A stretch of DNA of 32,000 nucleotides from Candidatus Jordarchaeales archaeon (GCA_038889235.1 JAWAHN010000001.1:90001-122000), one strand, 5' to 3'; shown: positions 1 through 9,342, counted from the stretch's first letter. Translations and numbers: made by a program. Notes: a model not told the origin generated them from the letters alone.

Positions 1-464
1 GGAAGAGGAGCACCTCTAGTGTAGATGGAAGGAAGGGTTAATAGAGGAGCGGCGTCCGTGCTCGCATGCGGCTCTCTCTAGCATGGAGCCCCGTTTTTCT
101 AATGCTCGAAGCCTCTTCTCAGGGGGGTTTCACGGTAACTGCGTGTTTCCCCCGGGGACGGCGCGTGTTGAAGGGAGCCCGTTTCTCTTTTCCGGGTTTG
201 ACGTTGTGCGTTGGCCTGTTTCCCTGTCCTGGCGCGTAATATGCTAGTGTCATCTTGGTGGTATCTAGGTATTTTTGTGGGTGTTACGTTGTATACTCTG
301 TTTTTGAGTACGGATTCTCGATGCACTCTCCGGAAGACCTCGTATCGTACTCGGTTTCTGCGTATGATGGCGTTTATTCGTGGGCAATCCCCATTCTTTC
401 CTGTTTTTCATGCCGGTTAGCGATATATACTTGGATTCTGTGTTATGGTACTTGGTGTCTGGGT

Positions 465-806
465 ATGGTCTGGATACGTGTGGTTAGGAGGCCTAGGCTG
501 CTTGACCCGCGTCACTTTCTTCAGTATTGTTTTAGGACTGAGGAGCAGGTTCAGCAGGCTAGGAAGATTTTGAGGGAGATTGCGGCGAGAGGGGAGGTAC
601 CTGATAGTGAGTGGAGGTGCTTCCTGATTTCGAGTCCAGGGCTTTACACTAAGGTTATGAAGGCTTTGAGGGAGTTGGGGTTGGTTGAGAAAAGGGAGAG
701 GCGGTTTGTGCTTAGTAAGGAATTTTCCGCTAGTTTGAGGAGGCTTGCCGACTACTGGGAAGAGTTGTACGAGAGTGTAAAGCGTGGTGAAGTTGTCGAG
801 TTTTAA
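465..806 (+). CDS. Small winged-helix-like hypothetical protein (113 aa; start re-called from 255 to ATG 465)
   Basis: From M465 it reads as a compact protein with a wHTH-like core (LYTKVMKALRELGLVEKRERRFVLS). GATATATA at 422-429 lies about 36 nt upstream. The extra 70 codons in the ORF track are Cys/Tyr/Trp-rich and not protein-like. Confidence 0.6.
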   Translation: MVWIRVVRRPRLLDPRHFLQYCFRTEEQVQQARKILREIAARGEVPDSEWRCFLISSPGLYTKVMKALRELGLVEKRERRFVLSKEFSASLRRLADYWEELYESVKRGEVVEF

Positions 807-941
807 TTGCCTTCATTTGCCTTCAATATGTTACTTTTCTTGCCTTCGAGTGCCTTCGAAAAATAGAAAAAGTTTTTCATAAAGAGGAAATAGGTGAGAG
901 TTGACTGAGAGTTTTTGGTTTAAAATGTAAACTGAGAGTTT
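807..941. repeat. Two sets of short direct repeats: (T/G)TGCCTTC x4 and TGAGAGTT x3, flanking an A/T-rich stretch
   Basis: TTGCCTTCA at 807 and 817, TTGCCTTCGA at 840 and GTGCCTTCGA at 850. TGAGAGTT at 895, 906 and 933, with the last two extending to ACTGAGAGTTT. Confidence 0.8.
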
Positions 942-2388
942 ATGTGAGACTGTCGAAGGACGCTAGGTCGTCCAGTACTTTGAGGTCGCGTGGTTTCCTC
1001 AGCGCGGCCGCTAGGATGAGAGCGCAGAGTGCTGAGGTGCACGCGAAAAGTAGCCGGTTGCTTTCCGGCTCTGCGGTCATGCCGTTTAAGTAGAAGAGCT
1101 GCAAAATGAAATAGAGGTGTTCCAGGGTGATGTCGGGCACTCCACCTGCATTATTTCCATTTGAGACCACGTTGTAGGTTATGGATGTCGTGGCGATGTT
1201 ATCCGCCATGTCAACTGCTGCTATGTTTAAGCTGTAAGTTCCTTCTTTCGACGGGGCGTTAAGGGACAGTGTCCAGACTTCGCCGTTTCTGTATGCATTA
1301 ACTCCGTTTACTCTAACGACGGTAACCCCCGTTTCGTCGACTGCTTCCACTATGACTTTTATAGGCTCCCCGGGTCTCGGCGTTGGGTTACTTATATATG
1401 CGATAGCTCTTGGAGGTGTTGCGTCAACGTATATGTTGACAGTTGCGAAACACTCTCCCCCGTTCCCTACAGCGCATATCTGAAGTGTATAGTTCCCCTG
1501 CGCTTGCGGAGCGACAATTACAGCCTCCCAGAGACTTACACTAACGTTGAGCATAGATGTACCGTTTATCGTTACGAGGCCCACTGTCCCATTAGTCTCA
1601 ACTGTAACCTTGATGCTGGCTCCCGGTTTAACTATTGACTTGTTGAGCGAAACGCGCGTTATAACAGGATTTTCGACTTTCGGAACAACTTCAACTTCTA
1701 ATGTTAGTGACGCAGGGGAATATGTCTCGCTTCCAAGGTACTCAATCGTTAAATTGTGCATTCCGGGGGCGGCAAGTTTGGGAACCACGAACAATAGCCT
1801 TTGCGTGTCTGAACCATTAGTTCTTCCAACCGCAACGAGCATGTCGTCAAAATACAGATATACAAGCTGATTTGGAATAGGGTTCTTAAGATTGTCTTTC
1901 AGGCAGAATGTTACACTGTACTGTGAGCCTACGAACACGCTTGTGGGATAAGAGATAACCTCAATCGACGCCCTCGAAATTATTTTGAGAACTACGGATG
2001 AGGGGATTGCCGTGTAGCTTACATTCACCGCAATGAAACGTATAGTAGTTTCTCCTAGCGGGTAATCCTTAGGAATAATCCAGTAGAAGACAGCATACCC
2101 TGTTCCGTTAGATTTTACGGATAAAATAGACTTGTTATTTGTTTCATCATAGAGAGTTACGATGACGTTCGCAGCGGGGCTTCCATTTGAATCGTAAGCC
2201 CTTGTCAACAGTGTGATAGGTTCTCCTCTATAAGCGATTAAATCACTCTTAACATCAGCGTCATGCGAAGAAGAAACTGTAATGTACAGTAGCTGAGCAC
2301 CCGTGTAAAATTCACAGGGCGTGAAGACCGACGAGAAGAGCGCGATTAGCACGACAGCCGTCAAGAGCATTTTTCCGGCGCGCAACAA
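940..2388 (-). CDS. Membrane-anchored cell-surface glycoprotein with about four Ig-like domains
   Basis: N-terminal hydrophobic signal (LLTAVVLIALFSSVF), beta-rich repeated modules, about 11 N-x-S/T sequons, and a C-terminal TM (LLFACTSALCALILAAAL) followed by RKPR. Start is TTG 2388 or ATG six codons later. Confidence 0.8.
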   Translation of the reverse strand: MLRAGKMLLTAVVLIALFSSVFTPCEFYTGAQLLYITVSSSHDADVKSDLIAYRGEPITLLTRAYDSNGSPAANVIVTLYDETNNKSILSVKSNGTGYAVFYWIIPKDYPLGETTIRFIAVNVSYTAIPSSVVLKIISRASIEVISYPTSVFVGSQYSVTFCLKDNLKNPIPNQLVYLYFDDMLVAVGRTNGSDTQRLLFVVPKLAAPGMHNLTIEYLGSETYSPASLTLEVEVVPKVENPVITRVSLNKSIVKPGASIKVTVETNGTVGLVTINGTSMLNVSVSLWEAVIVAPQAQGNYTLQICAVGNGGECFATVNIYVDATPPRAIAYISNPTPRPGEPIKVIVEAVDETGVTVVRVNGVNAYRNGEVWTLSLNAPSKEGTYSLNIAAVDMADNIATTSITYNVVSNGNNAGGVPDITLEHLYFILQLFYLNGMTAEPESNRLLFACTSALCALILAAALRKPRDLKVLDDLASFDSLT

Positions 2389-2594
2389 GAGCCCCCTCTC
2401 TTTTTGACGAGTTCAGTGGGACTCGTAATCAAAGTTTAACCACGCAATAAAAACCCAACACTCAAAACCACATTAATTCCTCCTAAGAACGGTTCCTACT
2501 CTTCTCGCAGAGAACAAAACCCATTTGCGGGGTCGCTGGAGCCACCTGCTAGAGGCTGTGAAGGGACGCGCGTTAAGTCAGAGAGCTGCAATCT

Positions 2595-3896
2595 TTGAGA
2601 GAGGGTTACTGGAAAGATTTATTCTCTTTCCCTTCCCTCCTTTTCCGTGAGCCTTTGAAGGGGAGAAGTATTTTGCAGGAAGCAAAGAAAAGAGAGAACA
2701 TCTACAACACAGTGATAGTCCGATTTGGGTGCGAAGTGGGAGTTAAAAGTGCAAGGACGCGGCTGAAATATGAAAGGGAAGTTTGCAGGCAAATAAGAAA
2801 ACTACTGGAAAGGGAAGGTATAAGGCATTTGGTCAAATACTCTTTTGGAAGAGCATACGTGGCCGCAGAGGATGCTGTCAAGGCGGCAAGTGTAATAGCA
2901 CGCATATTCGGTGTCTCCTCAACGTCTCCCGCGCTGGAAACCAGTTCAGACATGAATGACATTAAAAAGGCGGCTTTGAAAGTTGCGGAGACCGTCATGA
3001 GCAGCAAAAAAACATTTGCCGTCAGGTGCAGGAGGAGCGGAAGCCACCCCTATACAAGCATCGACGTGTGTAGAGAAGTCGGGGGAATCATATTACGCCA
3101 CTTTAAGGATGACAATTTAAGAGTTAACTTGGAAAACCCCGAGGTAACGATCAAGGTAGAAGTCAGGGACGACAGAGCATACATATATACTGAGGAGTAC
3201 GAAGGGCCGGGAGGATTTCCACTGGGAGTTCAAGGAAAAGTGGTATGCTTGCTCAGCGGGGGAATAGACTCGCCCGTGGCTTGTTGGCTCGCAATGAGGA
3301 GAGGAGCAGCCATCGTTCCAGTGTACTTCGATGCAAGCCCGACGTTTTCCGACGAACTGAGCAGGGAAAAGGCTCTTGCATGCGCCCGCATACTGTTCGA
3401 GTGGACTCCGGAGAAGAGGGGTAAAGTCTACATAGCCCCCCACGAGCACACTTTAGCTGCAATAAAGGAGCATTGCCCCGAGAAGTACACGTGCGTGCTG
3501 TGTAAGCGGGTAATGTACCGCGTAGCTGAAAGAATAGCTGAGATGGAGGAAGCATACGGAATAGTTACGGGAGAGGCCTTGGGGGAACAGGCTAGTCAAA
3601 CGCTCGCTAACCTCAGGGTTCTTGACGAAGCCGCCAAAAAGTACCCGGTTCACAGGCCGCTGTTGTGTTTTGATAAGACTGAAACGGAGAGGTTAGCTAG
3701 GAGAATAGGCACATACGAAGTTTCAGCGAGAAAAAGTATAGACTGCACTGCGGCCCCAAAACACCCCATACTTAGAGCGAGACTGGAAAAGGTTCTGGAA
3801 TTTGAGCAGAAGATTGGGGTAAATGAGCTCGTTGAAGAGACGTTAAATGGGTTGAAAGAGGTAGAAGTTCAATGCTCTGACCCGACTTCAAATTAA
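2595..3896 (+). CDS. thiI: tRNA 4-thiouridine synthase ThiI (THUMP plus PP-loop, no rhodanese domain)
   Basis: THUMP region (KTFAVRCRR, VNLENPE), PP-loop LSGGIDSPVA, CVLCKR, GEALGEQASQT and DCTAAPKHP. The CXXC...C set resembles the Fe-S-binding archaeal ThiI type. True start may be TTG 2673. Confidence 0.93.
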   Translation: MREGYWKDLFSFPSLLFREPLKGRSILQEAKKRENIYNTVIVRFGCEVGVKSARTRLKYEREVCRQIRKLLEREGIRHLVKYSFGRAYVAAEDAVKAASVIARIFGVSSTSPALETSSDMNDIKKAALKVAETVMSSKKTFAVRCRRSGSHPYTSIDVCREVGGIILRHFKDDNLRVNLENPEVTIKVEVRDDRAYIYTEEYEGPGGFPLGVQGKVVCLLSGGIDSPVACWLAMRRGAAIVPVYFDASPTFSDELSREKALACARILFEWTPEKRGKVYIAPHEHTLAAIKEHCPEKYTCVLCKRVMYRVAERIAEMEEAYGIVTGEALGEQASQTLANLRVLDEAAKKYPVHRPLLCFDKTETERLARRIGTYEVSARKSIDCTAAPKHPILRARLEKVLEFEQKIGVNELVEETLNGLKEVEVQCSDPTSN

Positions 3897-3973
3897 AAAA
3901 CTTTTCCAGAGGTCAGTATATGGGAAGGTTAAAGAAGGGCTAGAATTCTTGAAAACAAGGGAGGGGTGTTGAA

Positions 3974-4684
3974 ATGGGCGAAAGAACAGTAAACATTGGG
4001 ATACTTGTATCGGGCAGGGGGACGAACATGGAAGCGATAATCAAGAAGATTGAAGAGGGATACATAAAAAACGCAAGAGTCGTTGTTGTCATAAGTAGCA
4101 GGAAAGATGCACCGGCACTTGAAAAAGCCAGAGCACATGGCATAGAAGCGATTTTCGTAGACCCAAACGACTTCTGGAAGGAGCCAGATCCAGAAAAGAG
4201 AGAAAAACTCAGGGAAGAGTATGACAAAAAAATAATCGCAGAACTGGAGAAGAGAAATGTCGACTTAATCTTACTAGCAGGCTACATGCTTAAGCTCAGC
4301 CCGTACTTTGTGAGAAAGTACAAAGGAAGAATAATGAACATTCATCCGTCACTCCTCCCCGCCTTCCCGGGGCTAAATGCACAGAAACAGGCACTCGAAT
4401 ATGGTGTAAAATACACCGGTTGCACAGTCCACTTCGTTGACGAAGAAGTAGACCATGGACCAATCATACTCCAGGCTGTTGTTCCAGTACACGACGATGA
4501 CACCGTAGAAACACTCTCTCAGAGAATCCTCGAGAAAGAACATGAAATATACCCGGAAGCCGTCAAACTCTACGTCGAGGGAAAACTAAGGGTGGAAGGG
4601 AGAAGGGTGAAGATCGAAAGAAAGCAAAACACTGGAGACTCAAACCCACACTATTCTCTCGTCTTTCATGAGGAAGCGTCTTAA
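3974..4684 (+). CDS. purN: Phosphoribosylglycinamide formyltransferase
   Basis: ILVSGRGTNMEAI, LILLAGYM, IMNIHPSLLPAFPG, GCTVHFVDEEVDHGPII and EHEIYP are all canonical PurN motifs. Confidence 0.96.
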   Translation: MGERTVNIGILVSGRGTNMEAIIKKIEEGYIKNARVVVVISSRKDAPALEKARAHGIEAIFVDPNDFWKEPDPEKREKLREEYDKKIIAELEKRNVDLILLAGYMLKLSPYFVRKYKGRIMNIHPSLLPAFPGLNAQKQALEYGVKYTGCTVHFVDEEVDHGPIILQAVVPVHDDDTVETLSQRILEKEHEIYPEAVKLYVEGKLRVEGRRVKIERKQNTGDSNPHYSLVFHEEAS

Positions 4685-5233
4685 ACCATACTTTTCGCCA
4701 AGCTTCATCAATAATATGGTGGTAGAGCGGGGAGCGGTCGAGAGATCTATCACCGGCTCAACATTGTAGATTTCATCCTCAACTATCCTCTCGAGCAACT
4801 CAAACGCCTTTTCAAGGTTATCAGAGTCCACGGTCACAAGCACGCCACCACGCTTCTCAACAACGTCCCTCAACTTCTCAGCCTTGTTCATGTTAACCAC
4901 GTATAAAACCTTAGTAGGCTTTATGCCGGCTTTGCCTGCAGCTTTCTCGACCACATTAATGTCGCCCTCCGAATCAACACCAGTGAACAAAATGTGTTCA
5001 GCTTTAATGTTAAACTTGTTCCTAAGGTACTGTACCTTTTCAGGGCTTACTCTATACCCCCTCTCCGTGGCCTCAACAATTTGCTCTCTCCTCAACACTC
5101 TCAAGTGAAAGTCCAAGGTGGTAACGGGAATCCTAACTAGCAAATCCCTGAAAGACGCTTCACGCATTTCCAACAAATTACGTAATATTTTTCCTCTTAT
5201 CGCATGTTTTGCCTCTTTGTCTAATATCAGCAA
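4640..5233 (-). CDS. Putative transcriptional regulator: N-terminal ArsR-like wHTH plus C-terminal CARF-like Rossmann domain
   Basis: aa 1-65 form a wHTH (RGKILRNL...TTLDFHLRVLRREQIVE...GYRV). aa 80-197 follow the CARF pattern: HILFTGVDS, PTKVLYVV, VDSDNLEKAFELLERIV, VIDLSTAPRSTTILLMKLG. TTG start with GGAGG upstream. Confidence 0.72.
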   Translation of the reverse strand: MLILDKEAKHAIRGKILRNLLEMREASFRDLLVRIPVTTLDFHLRVLRREQIVEATERGYRVSPEKVQYLRNKFNIKAEHILFTGVDSEGDINVVEKAAGKAGIKPTKVLYVVNMNKAEKLRDVVEKRGGVLVTVDSDNLEKAFELLERIVEDEIYNVEPVIDLSTAPRSTTILLMKLGEKYGLRRFLMKDERIVWV

Positions 5234-5253
5234 TTGTTATCCTCCTGTGACAT

Positions 5254-5291
5254 TTAGTTACTAATACATACTTCAAATTATTTTATAAAAT
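5254..5291 (-). promoter_or_regulatory. Candidate promoter/operator of the wHTH-CARF gene
   Basis: Palindromic TATA-like ATTTTATAAAAT at 5280-5291 and palindrome TTAGTTACTAA at 5254-5264, lying between it and the start codon. Confidence 0.4.
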
Positions 5292-5384
5292 TTTCTTCTT
5301 AATGTGAAAAATGTTTAGCTAAAAAACCAGAACAATGTAATTTTTACAAAGAAATATTGCAGAATTAAGGATAAAACTTCTATA

Positions 5385-6569
5385 TCACAAAGATTTTTCT
5401 TGAAGAATTTTTATCGATAACAGGCCTACGATGGCCAGCAGCATTGATTGAAGCATGAAGAGTCTTGAGAAACCCAAGTAAGCGGCAACTAGTCCCCCTG
5501 TAATCGGGGCAATTGAGTATCCACTGCTCCAAGCTATGCCGAACATGCTGGAAGTTAAACCGTAGTTTTTGAGGGAGGCTTCGTCGAGGGAGTCCAAGAC
5601 GAAAGGAATTAACGGGGCAAAAGATATGGCTGATGCTAGCCCGTTGAGGCACAGGATCATGTATACTTGGAATTTGTCGCTCGCCAAAGGTATCAAGGCG
5701 ACTGAGACGGCGAGAGCCAAGTATCCTGAGACTATGAAGGGGCGTCTTCCATACTTATCTGAGAGACGGCCTGCAATTGGTTGAAATACCGTGAACATAA
5801 GTGAGGATAAGCTTATTGCTAATCCTATTTCCGTCGTCGACATTAGCAGACGGCTACTGAGATAGGATGGGAGGAGGGGTTCCATTGCCCCGTAGAGGGA
5901 CGATATGGCGGCTTCCGCTATGAGAAGGAAGAGTATGCTGCGTATAGAAAGAACATTCCTTATCGCAGATAGTGGGGGCGTTGACGGCAGTCTTGTCGCA
6001 GGTGCTTCAAGCTTTAGTGCCATGAAACATCCCAAGATGAACGAGGCCGCTGCGACAACTAGGAATGGGGCTTCGAAGCTTATTTCTGCGAGGACGCCGC
6101 CAAGTGTTGGCCCTATTATTGAGCCGCTGGCTGCGAAGGCATTGAAAAAGCCTATCTTTTCCCCTCGCCCTTCCTTGTAGACGTCTGCGACGAGGGCGCT
6201 GATTGAGGACCACATCAGTGATGCGGCCAGACCCTGTAGCGCTCTGAAGGCTATGAGGGACTGGATGCTTTTGGCTAGGGGGAACAACGCGAAGGAAGCT
6301 GACAAGAGCAGTATGCCTGAAATTATGAAGGGACGCCTTCCATATCTATCTGAGAGGAAGCCGAAAAACAGCACTGTCGTAAGGTGAACTATGGCGTACG
6401 AGGAGAAAATCAACGTTAGGTCTATCTCGTTTGCGCCGAGCGTTATGGCGTACGTTGGCAACAATGGGACTATTATACCGTAGCCTAGGTAATCGATAAA
6501 TCCAGAAGCAGAGCACAGTACGAGTATTAGTCTCTTGGAAGAGTGGGTCAAGTAATCTCCCCGCTTCAC
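5385..6569 (-). CDS. MFS transporter (DHA1/TetA-like)
   Basis: About 12 TM segments, motif A twice (GFLSDRYGRRP, GRLSDKYGRRP) and FRALQG. GTG start overlaps the thrS stop (GTGA). Confidence 0.93.
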   Translation of the reverse strand: MKRGDYLTHSSKRLILVLCSASGFIDYLGYGIIVPLLPTYAITLGANEIDLTLIFSSYAIVHLTTVLFFGFLSDRYGRRPFIISGILLLSASFALFPLAKSIQSLIAFRALQGLAASLMWSSISALVADVYKEGRGEKIGFFNAFAASGSIIGPTLGGVLAEISFEAPFLVVAAASFILGCFMALKLEAPATRLPSTPPLSAIRNVLSIRSILFLLIAEAAISSLYGAMEPLLPSYLSSRLLMSTTEIGLAISLSSLMFTVFQPIAGRLSDKYGRRPFIVSGYLALAVSVALIPLASDKFQVYMILCLNGLASAISFAPLIPFVLDSLDEASLKNYGLTSSMFGIAWSSGYSIAPITGGLVAAYLGFSRLFMLQSMLLAIVGLLSIKILQEKSL

Positions 6570-8407
6570 GCTGCAAAAACAGGTCTTTGAGATAGTCGTT
6601 TAGGGTATGGCAATGGTTTGAACGGTTTTCCTTTAATGTCGGATCTCAACCGTTCTCTTAGCTCTTCGAGAGTCATCTCTCTTTCGGCGCGTTCAGCCCT
6701 AACTCTAACCCTTAACTTTCCCCCCTCAACCTCCCTGTCACCTATAACTACTATGTAGGGCACCCATTCCTCCTCCGCTTGTCTCACTTTCCTGCTTACA
6801 GTTTCCCCTCTATCGTCTACGTCAACCCTGAACTCTTTGAGCTCGTCAGCAACTTTCTCAGAGTACTCGATGTGTCTATCTGACACAGGAATCAACCTGA
6901 CTTGTACTGGAGACAGCCAGACGGGGAGCATAGGCGCCTTACCCTCCCGCTTCATTTTTATCGCTGTGTCGAAGAGCGTGTAGAGGTAGCGCTCGATGGA
7001 GCCGATTATCGCCGTGTGGATTATGTAGGGGTACTTTTCGCTTCCGTCAACGTCAGTGTACTTTATTCCGAACCTTTTACTGTTACCGAAATCCATTTGA
7101 ACCGTGCCTATCTCCCTAGGTCTCCCCAACTCGTCTAAGATGTGGTACTCGACGTTTATAGACCAGTAGTAGTTTGCTCCGGGGGGATAGAAGCAGAGGA
7201 GGAGGTTTTTCTCACGGCCCTCCACTAGCTTTAATATTTCAGCCTTATTTCGCCTGTAGAACTCCTCTGAGGTCAGGTTCACCAGAACTTCGTAGTTCCG
7301 ACCGAGACACTCCATTTCCTTGAATATTCTCTCGTTCACCTTGTGAAGCCACTCCCAGGCTTCCTTTTCGTCGCGACAAACTATGTGCAAGTCTGGCATG
7401 TGAAGCTTACGAGTCCTAAAGCACAGTAGGAGCTCGCCGCTCTGCTCAAGCCTGTAGCTGTCGGCTACCTCGAAAACCCCAAAGGGAAGGTTCTTGTAGC
7501 TTATAACCCAGTCTTTAAGCATGGAGAACTGCTGGTGGCAGGCGGCGTACCTCATAACGTACATCCTCCTGTCTACCTCAAGCTGGTAGAGCCTGTCGCC
7601 GAAAAGCTCAGCATGCTCCCTCACAGGCTTTCTAGATAAGTCGAACATGTTAGTGCCCCTGACAAAGTACACTGGTATGCCCAGCTCCCTGACTATTTGG
7701 CTCGAGTATTCGGCAACTAGGCTGAAAAGTAGGTCTCCCGCCGGACCAAACCTCATGTGTCCTCTGTCAGAGAACTCCTCCCAGTTCATCTGGAACTTCT
7801 TGACAACAGATATGAACTCAGGCTCCTCTTGAAGGGTGCCTCCACCTTTTCCGAGAGCCTCCCGCTCTACGAGCACGGCGAACTCATCTCTAGACGCCAC
7901 GGCTAGGTATTCTTCAGGGCTCATTTCCTCCCCACTCTGGGTCACCACGACGAAGCGCTTAACGCCCTTGACAGCTTTAGCTTCTTCTCTCGGCCTAACC
8001 TCCCTCGACAGCTCTGAAAGGGGGTGCCCTTTACATACAAGGTTGAAGGACTTGTAGTAGCCGAAAGGTGCTCGGGTTACCGAGTAGTGTTTCGAGAGGG
8101 CCTCACTTACTCCTTTAAGAACCTTAACCGCGGTGTCGGGGTCTGAAAGGTTTGGTGAAAGGTGAGCGTATGGATAAACTACTATTCTTTTGGCTCCAAC
8201 CTGCTCTGCTACGCGTCTAATTTCTTCGACAGCTTGGCTAATTACATCGTCAACATTCTTCTCGTCTCCCCTCTCAACAGTAGAGAATACAACGAGGCAG
8301 TCTTCGGAAAAACCCTTCTTAGCCTCCTCTTCGACATCCTCAGCTAGAGGGGTCTTCTCGGTCACTTCGTACGAAAACCTGTCAGCGTGTATCAGCAACA
8401 TGCGCAT
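6566..8407 (-). CDS. thrS: Threonyl-tRNA synthetase, archaeal type with N-terminal editing domain
   Basis: MRMLLIHAD start, VVYPYAHLS and RAPFGYYKSF (archaeal editing domain), YAACHQQF, FRTRKLHMPDLH, IHTAIIGSIER, and a C-terminal anticodon-binding domain. Confidence 0.97.
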   Translation of the reverse strand: MRMLLIHADRFSYEVTEKTPLAEDVEEEAKKGFSEDCLVVFSTVERGDEKNVDDVISQAVEEIRRVAEQVGAKRIVVYPYAHLSPNLSDPDTAVKVLKGVSEALSKHYSVTRAPFGYYKSFNLVCKGHPLSELSREVRPREEAKAVKGVKRFVVVTQSGEEMSPEEYLAVASRDEFAVLVEREALGKGGGTLQEEPEFISVVKKFQMNWEEFSDRGHMRFGPAGDLLFSLVAEYSSQIVRELGIPVYFVRGTNMFDLSRKPVREHAELFGDRLYQLEVDRRMYVMRYAACHQQFSMLKDWVISYKNLPFGVFEVADSYRLEQSGELLLCFRTRKLHMPDLHIVCRDEKEAWEWLHKVNERIFKEMECLGRNYEVLVNLTSEEFYRRNKAEILKLVEGREKNLLLCFYPPGANYYWSINVEYHILDELGRPREIGTVQMDFGNSKRFGIKYTDVDGSEKYPYIIHTAIIGSIERYLYTLFDTAIKMKREGKAPMLPVWLSPVQVRLIPVSDRHIEYSEKVADELKEFRVDVDDRGETVSRKVRQAEEEWVPYIVVIGDREVEGGKLRVRVRAERAEREMTLEELRERLRSDIKGKPFKPLPYPKRLSQRPVFAA

Positions 8408-8589
8408 TTAGAGCACCCCCGACGAGGAGCTTAAACCTCAAGAAGCATGCAAACCTTATAAATGTTAAGCAGAAAACAATCATAAAAATTAAGCGAGACA
8501 ACTTTTTTAGTCTGAGAAGTGAGACGAGCTACTGGTGAGAGACTGGATTTCGAAGAAGGGGGCGGCGAGCGCTGATATCGGAGGGGAAA

Positions 8590-9342
8590 ATGGTAAAGGT
8601 TAGATACACTTTTAAGAGGTCTAACGTCGTTGTTGTGACGGACTCACATGAAGCTGTCAGGGAAGCAGTTAGGTCGATTAAGAGAAACGTCACGCTTCTC
8701 GAGAAATACCTTGAACGCCACCCTGCTTTCTTTTACTCACTGGAGCCCGTGGAGGCGCGGAAGGACGCTCCAGAAGTAGCTAAGCATATGGCTGAAGCCG
8801 CATTCGAGACTGGAGTTGGACCCATGGCAGCTGTCGCCGGAGCTTTAGCTGATATGGCAGTTGAAGCTATGCTCCCTAAGGCCAAGGTGGCCGTAGTTGA
8901 GAATGGGGGTGAGGTTTCCGCAAACTCGGAGAGAGCTGTAACGGTAGGCATCTTAGCTGGGAGCTCGCCGCTTTCTGGGAAGCTTGCTTTTCAGCTGTCG
9001 AAGGAGGACATGCCGCTTGGTATTGGTACAAGCTCGGGAACTGTTGGACGTGGCTTCAGTTTTGGAATAGCTGACGCTGCGACTGTGGTTGCTAGGAACG
9101 CGGCACTAGCGGATGCAGCGGCAACCGCTGTGGGTAACGCTGTTAGAGGCAAAGACCCCGAAAGAGCTGTTCAAGCGGGGTTAGAGGTGGCTGAGGGGAT
9201 AAGGGGGGTGCGAGGCGCCTTAGTCATAGTCGGGGAGCATGTCGGCATGGTTGGGAAGCTGCCGAAAATAGTGAGGGTAAAGGGAAACCTTGTTGAAGTT
9301 GTTAGTGATGTAGAGGAGTACCTTCCGCCGAGGATGGTTTAG
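8590..9342 (+). CDS. UPF0280 family protein (ApbE-like)
   Basis: FFYSLEPV, GVGPMAAVAGALAD, VVENGGEV, GIGTSSGTVGRGFSFGIADA and ADAAATAVGN. Confidence 0.9.
   Translation: MVKVRYTFKRSNVVVVTDSHEAVREAVRSIKRNVTLLEKYLERHPAFFYSLEPVEARKDAPEVAKHMAEAAFETGVGPMAAVAGALADMAVEAMLPKAKVAVVENGGEVSANSERAVTVGILAGSSPLSGKLAFQLSKEDMPLGIGTSSGTVGRGFSFGIADAATVVARNAALADAAATAVGNAVRGKDPERAVQAGLEVAEGIRGVRGALVIVGEHVGMVGKLPKIVRVKGNLVEVVSDVEEYLPPRMV

Noticed and set aside
255-464. N-terminal 70 codons of the 183-aa ORF, and overlapping ORFs 211..420 (+) and 99..326 (-)
   Set aside because: The composition is not protein-like and no motif is present. A TATA-like element favours the 465 start. A 59-aa TM peptide from ATG 241 cannot be excluded but is unsupported.
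807-941. CRISPR array or ORB-type replication origin
   Set aside because: The repeats are only 7-11 bp with no 30-40-bp spacers, there is no ORB consensus with G-string, and no cdc6/orc1 gene is in the window.
2407-2426. Hairpin ACGAGTTC-AGTG-GGACTCGT next to a T run, as a possible terminator or riboswitch
   Set aside because: It lies between divergent genes where no transcript ends. A single short stem is not enough to call a structured RNA.
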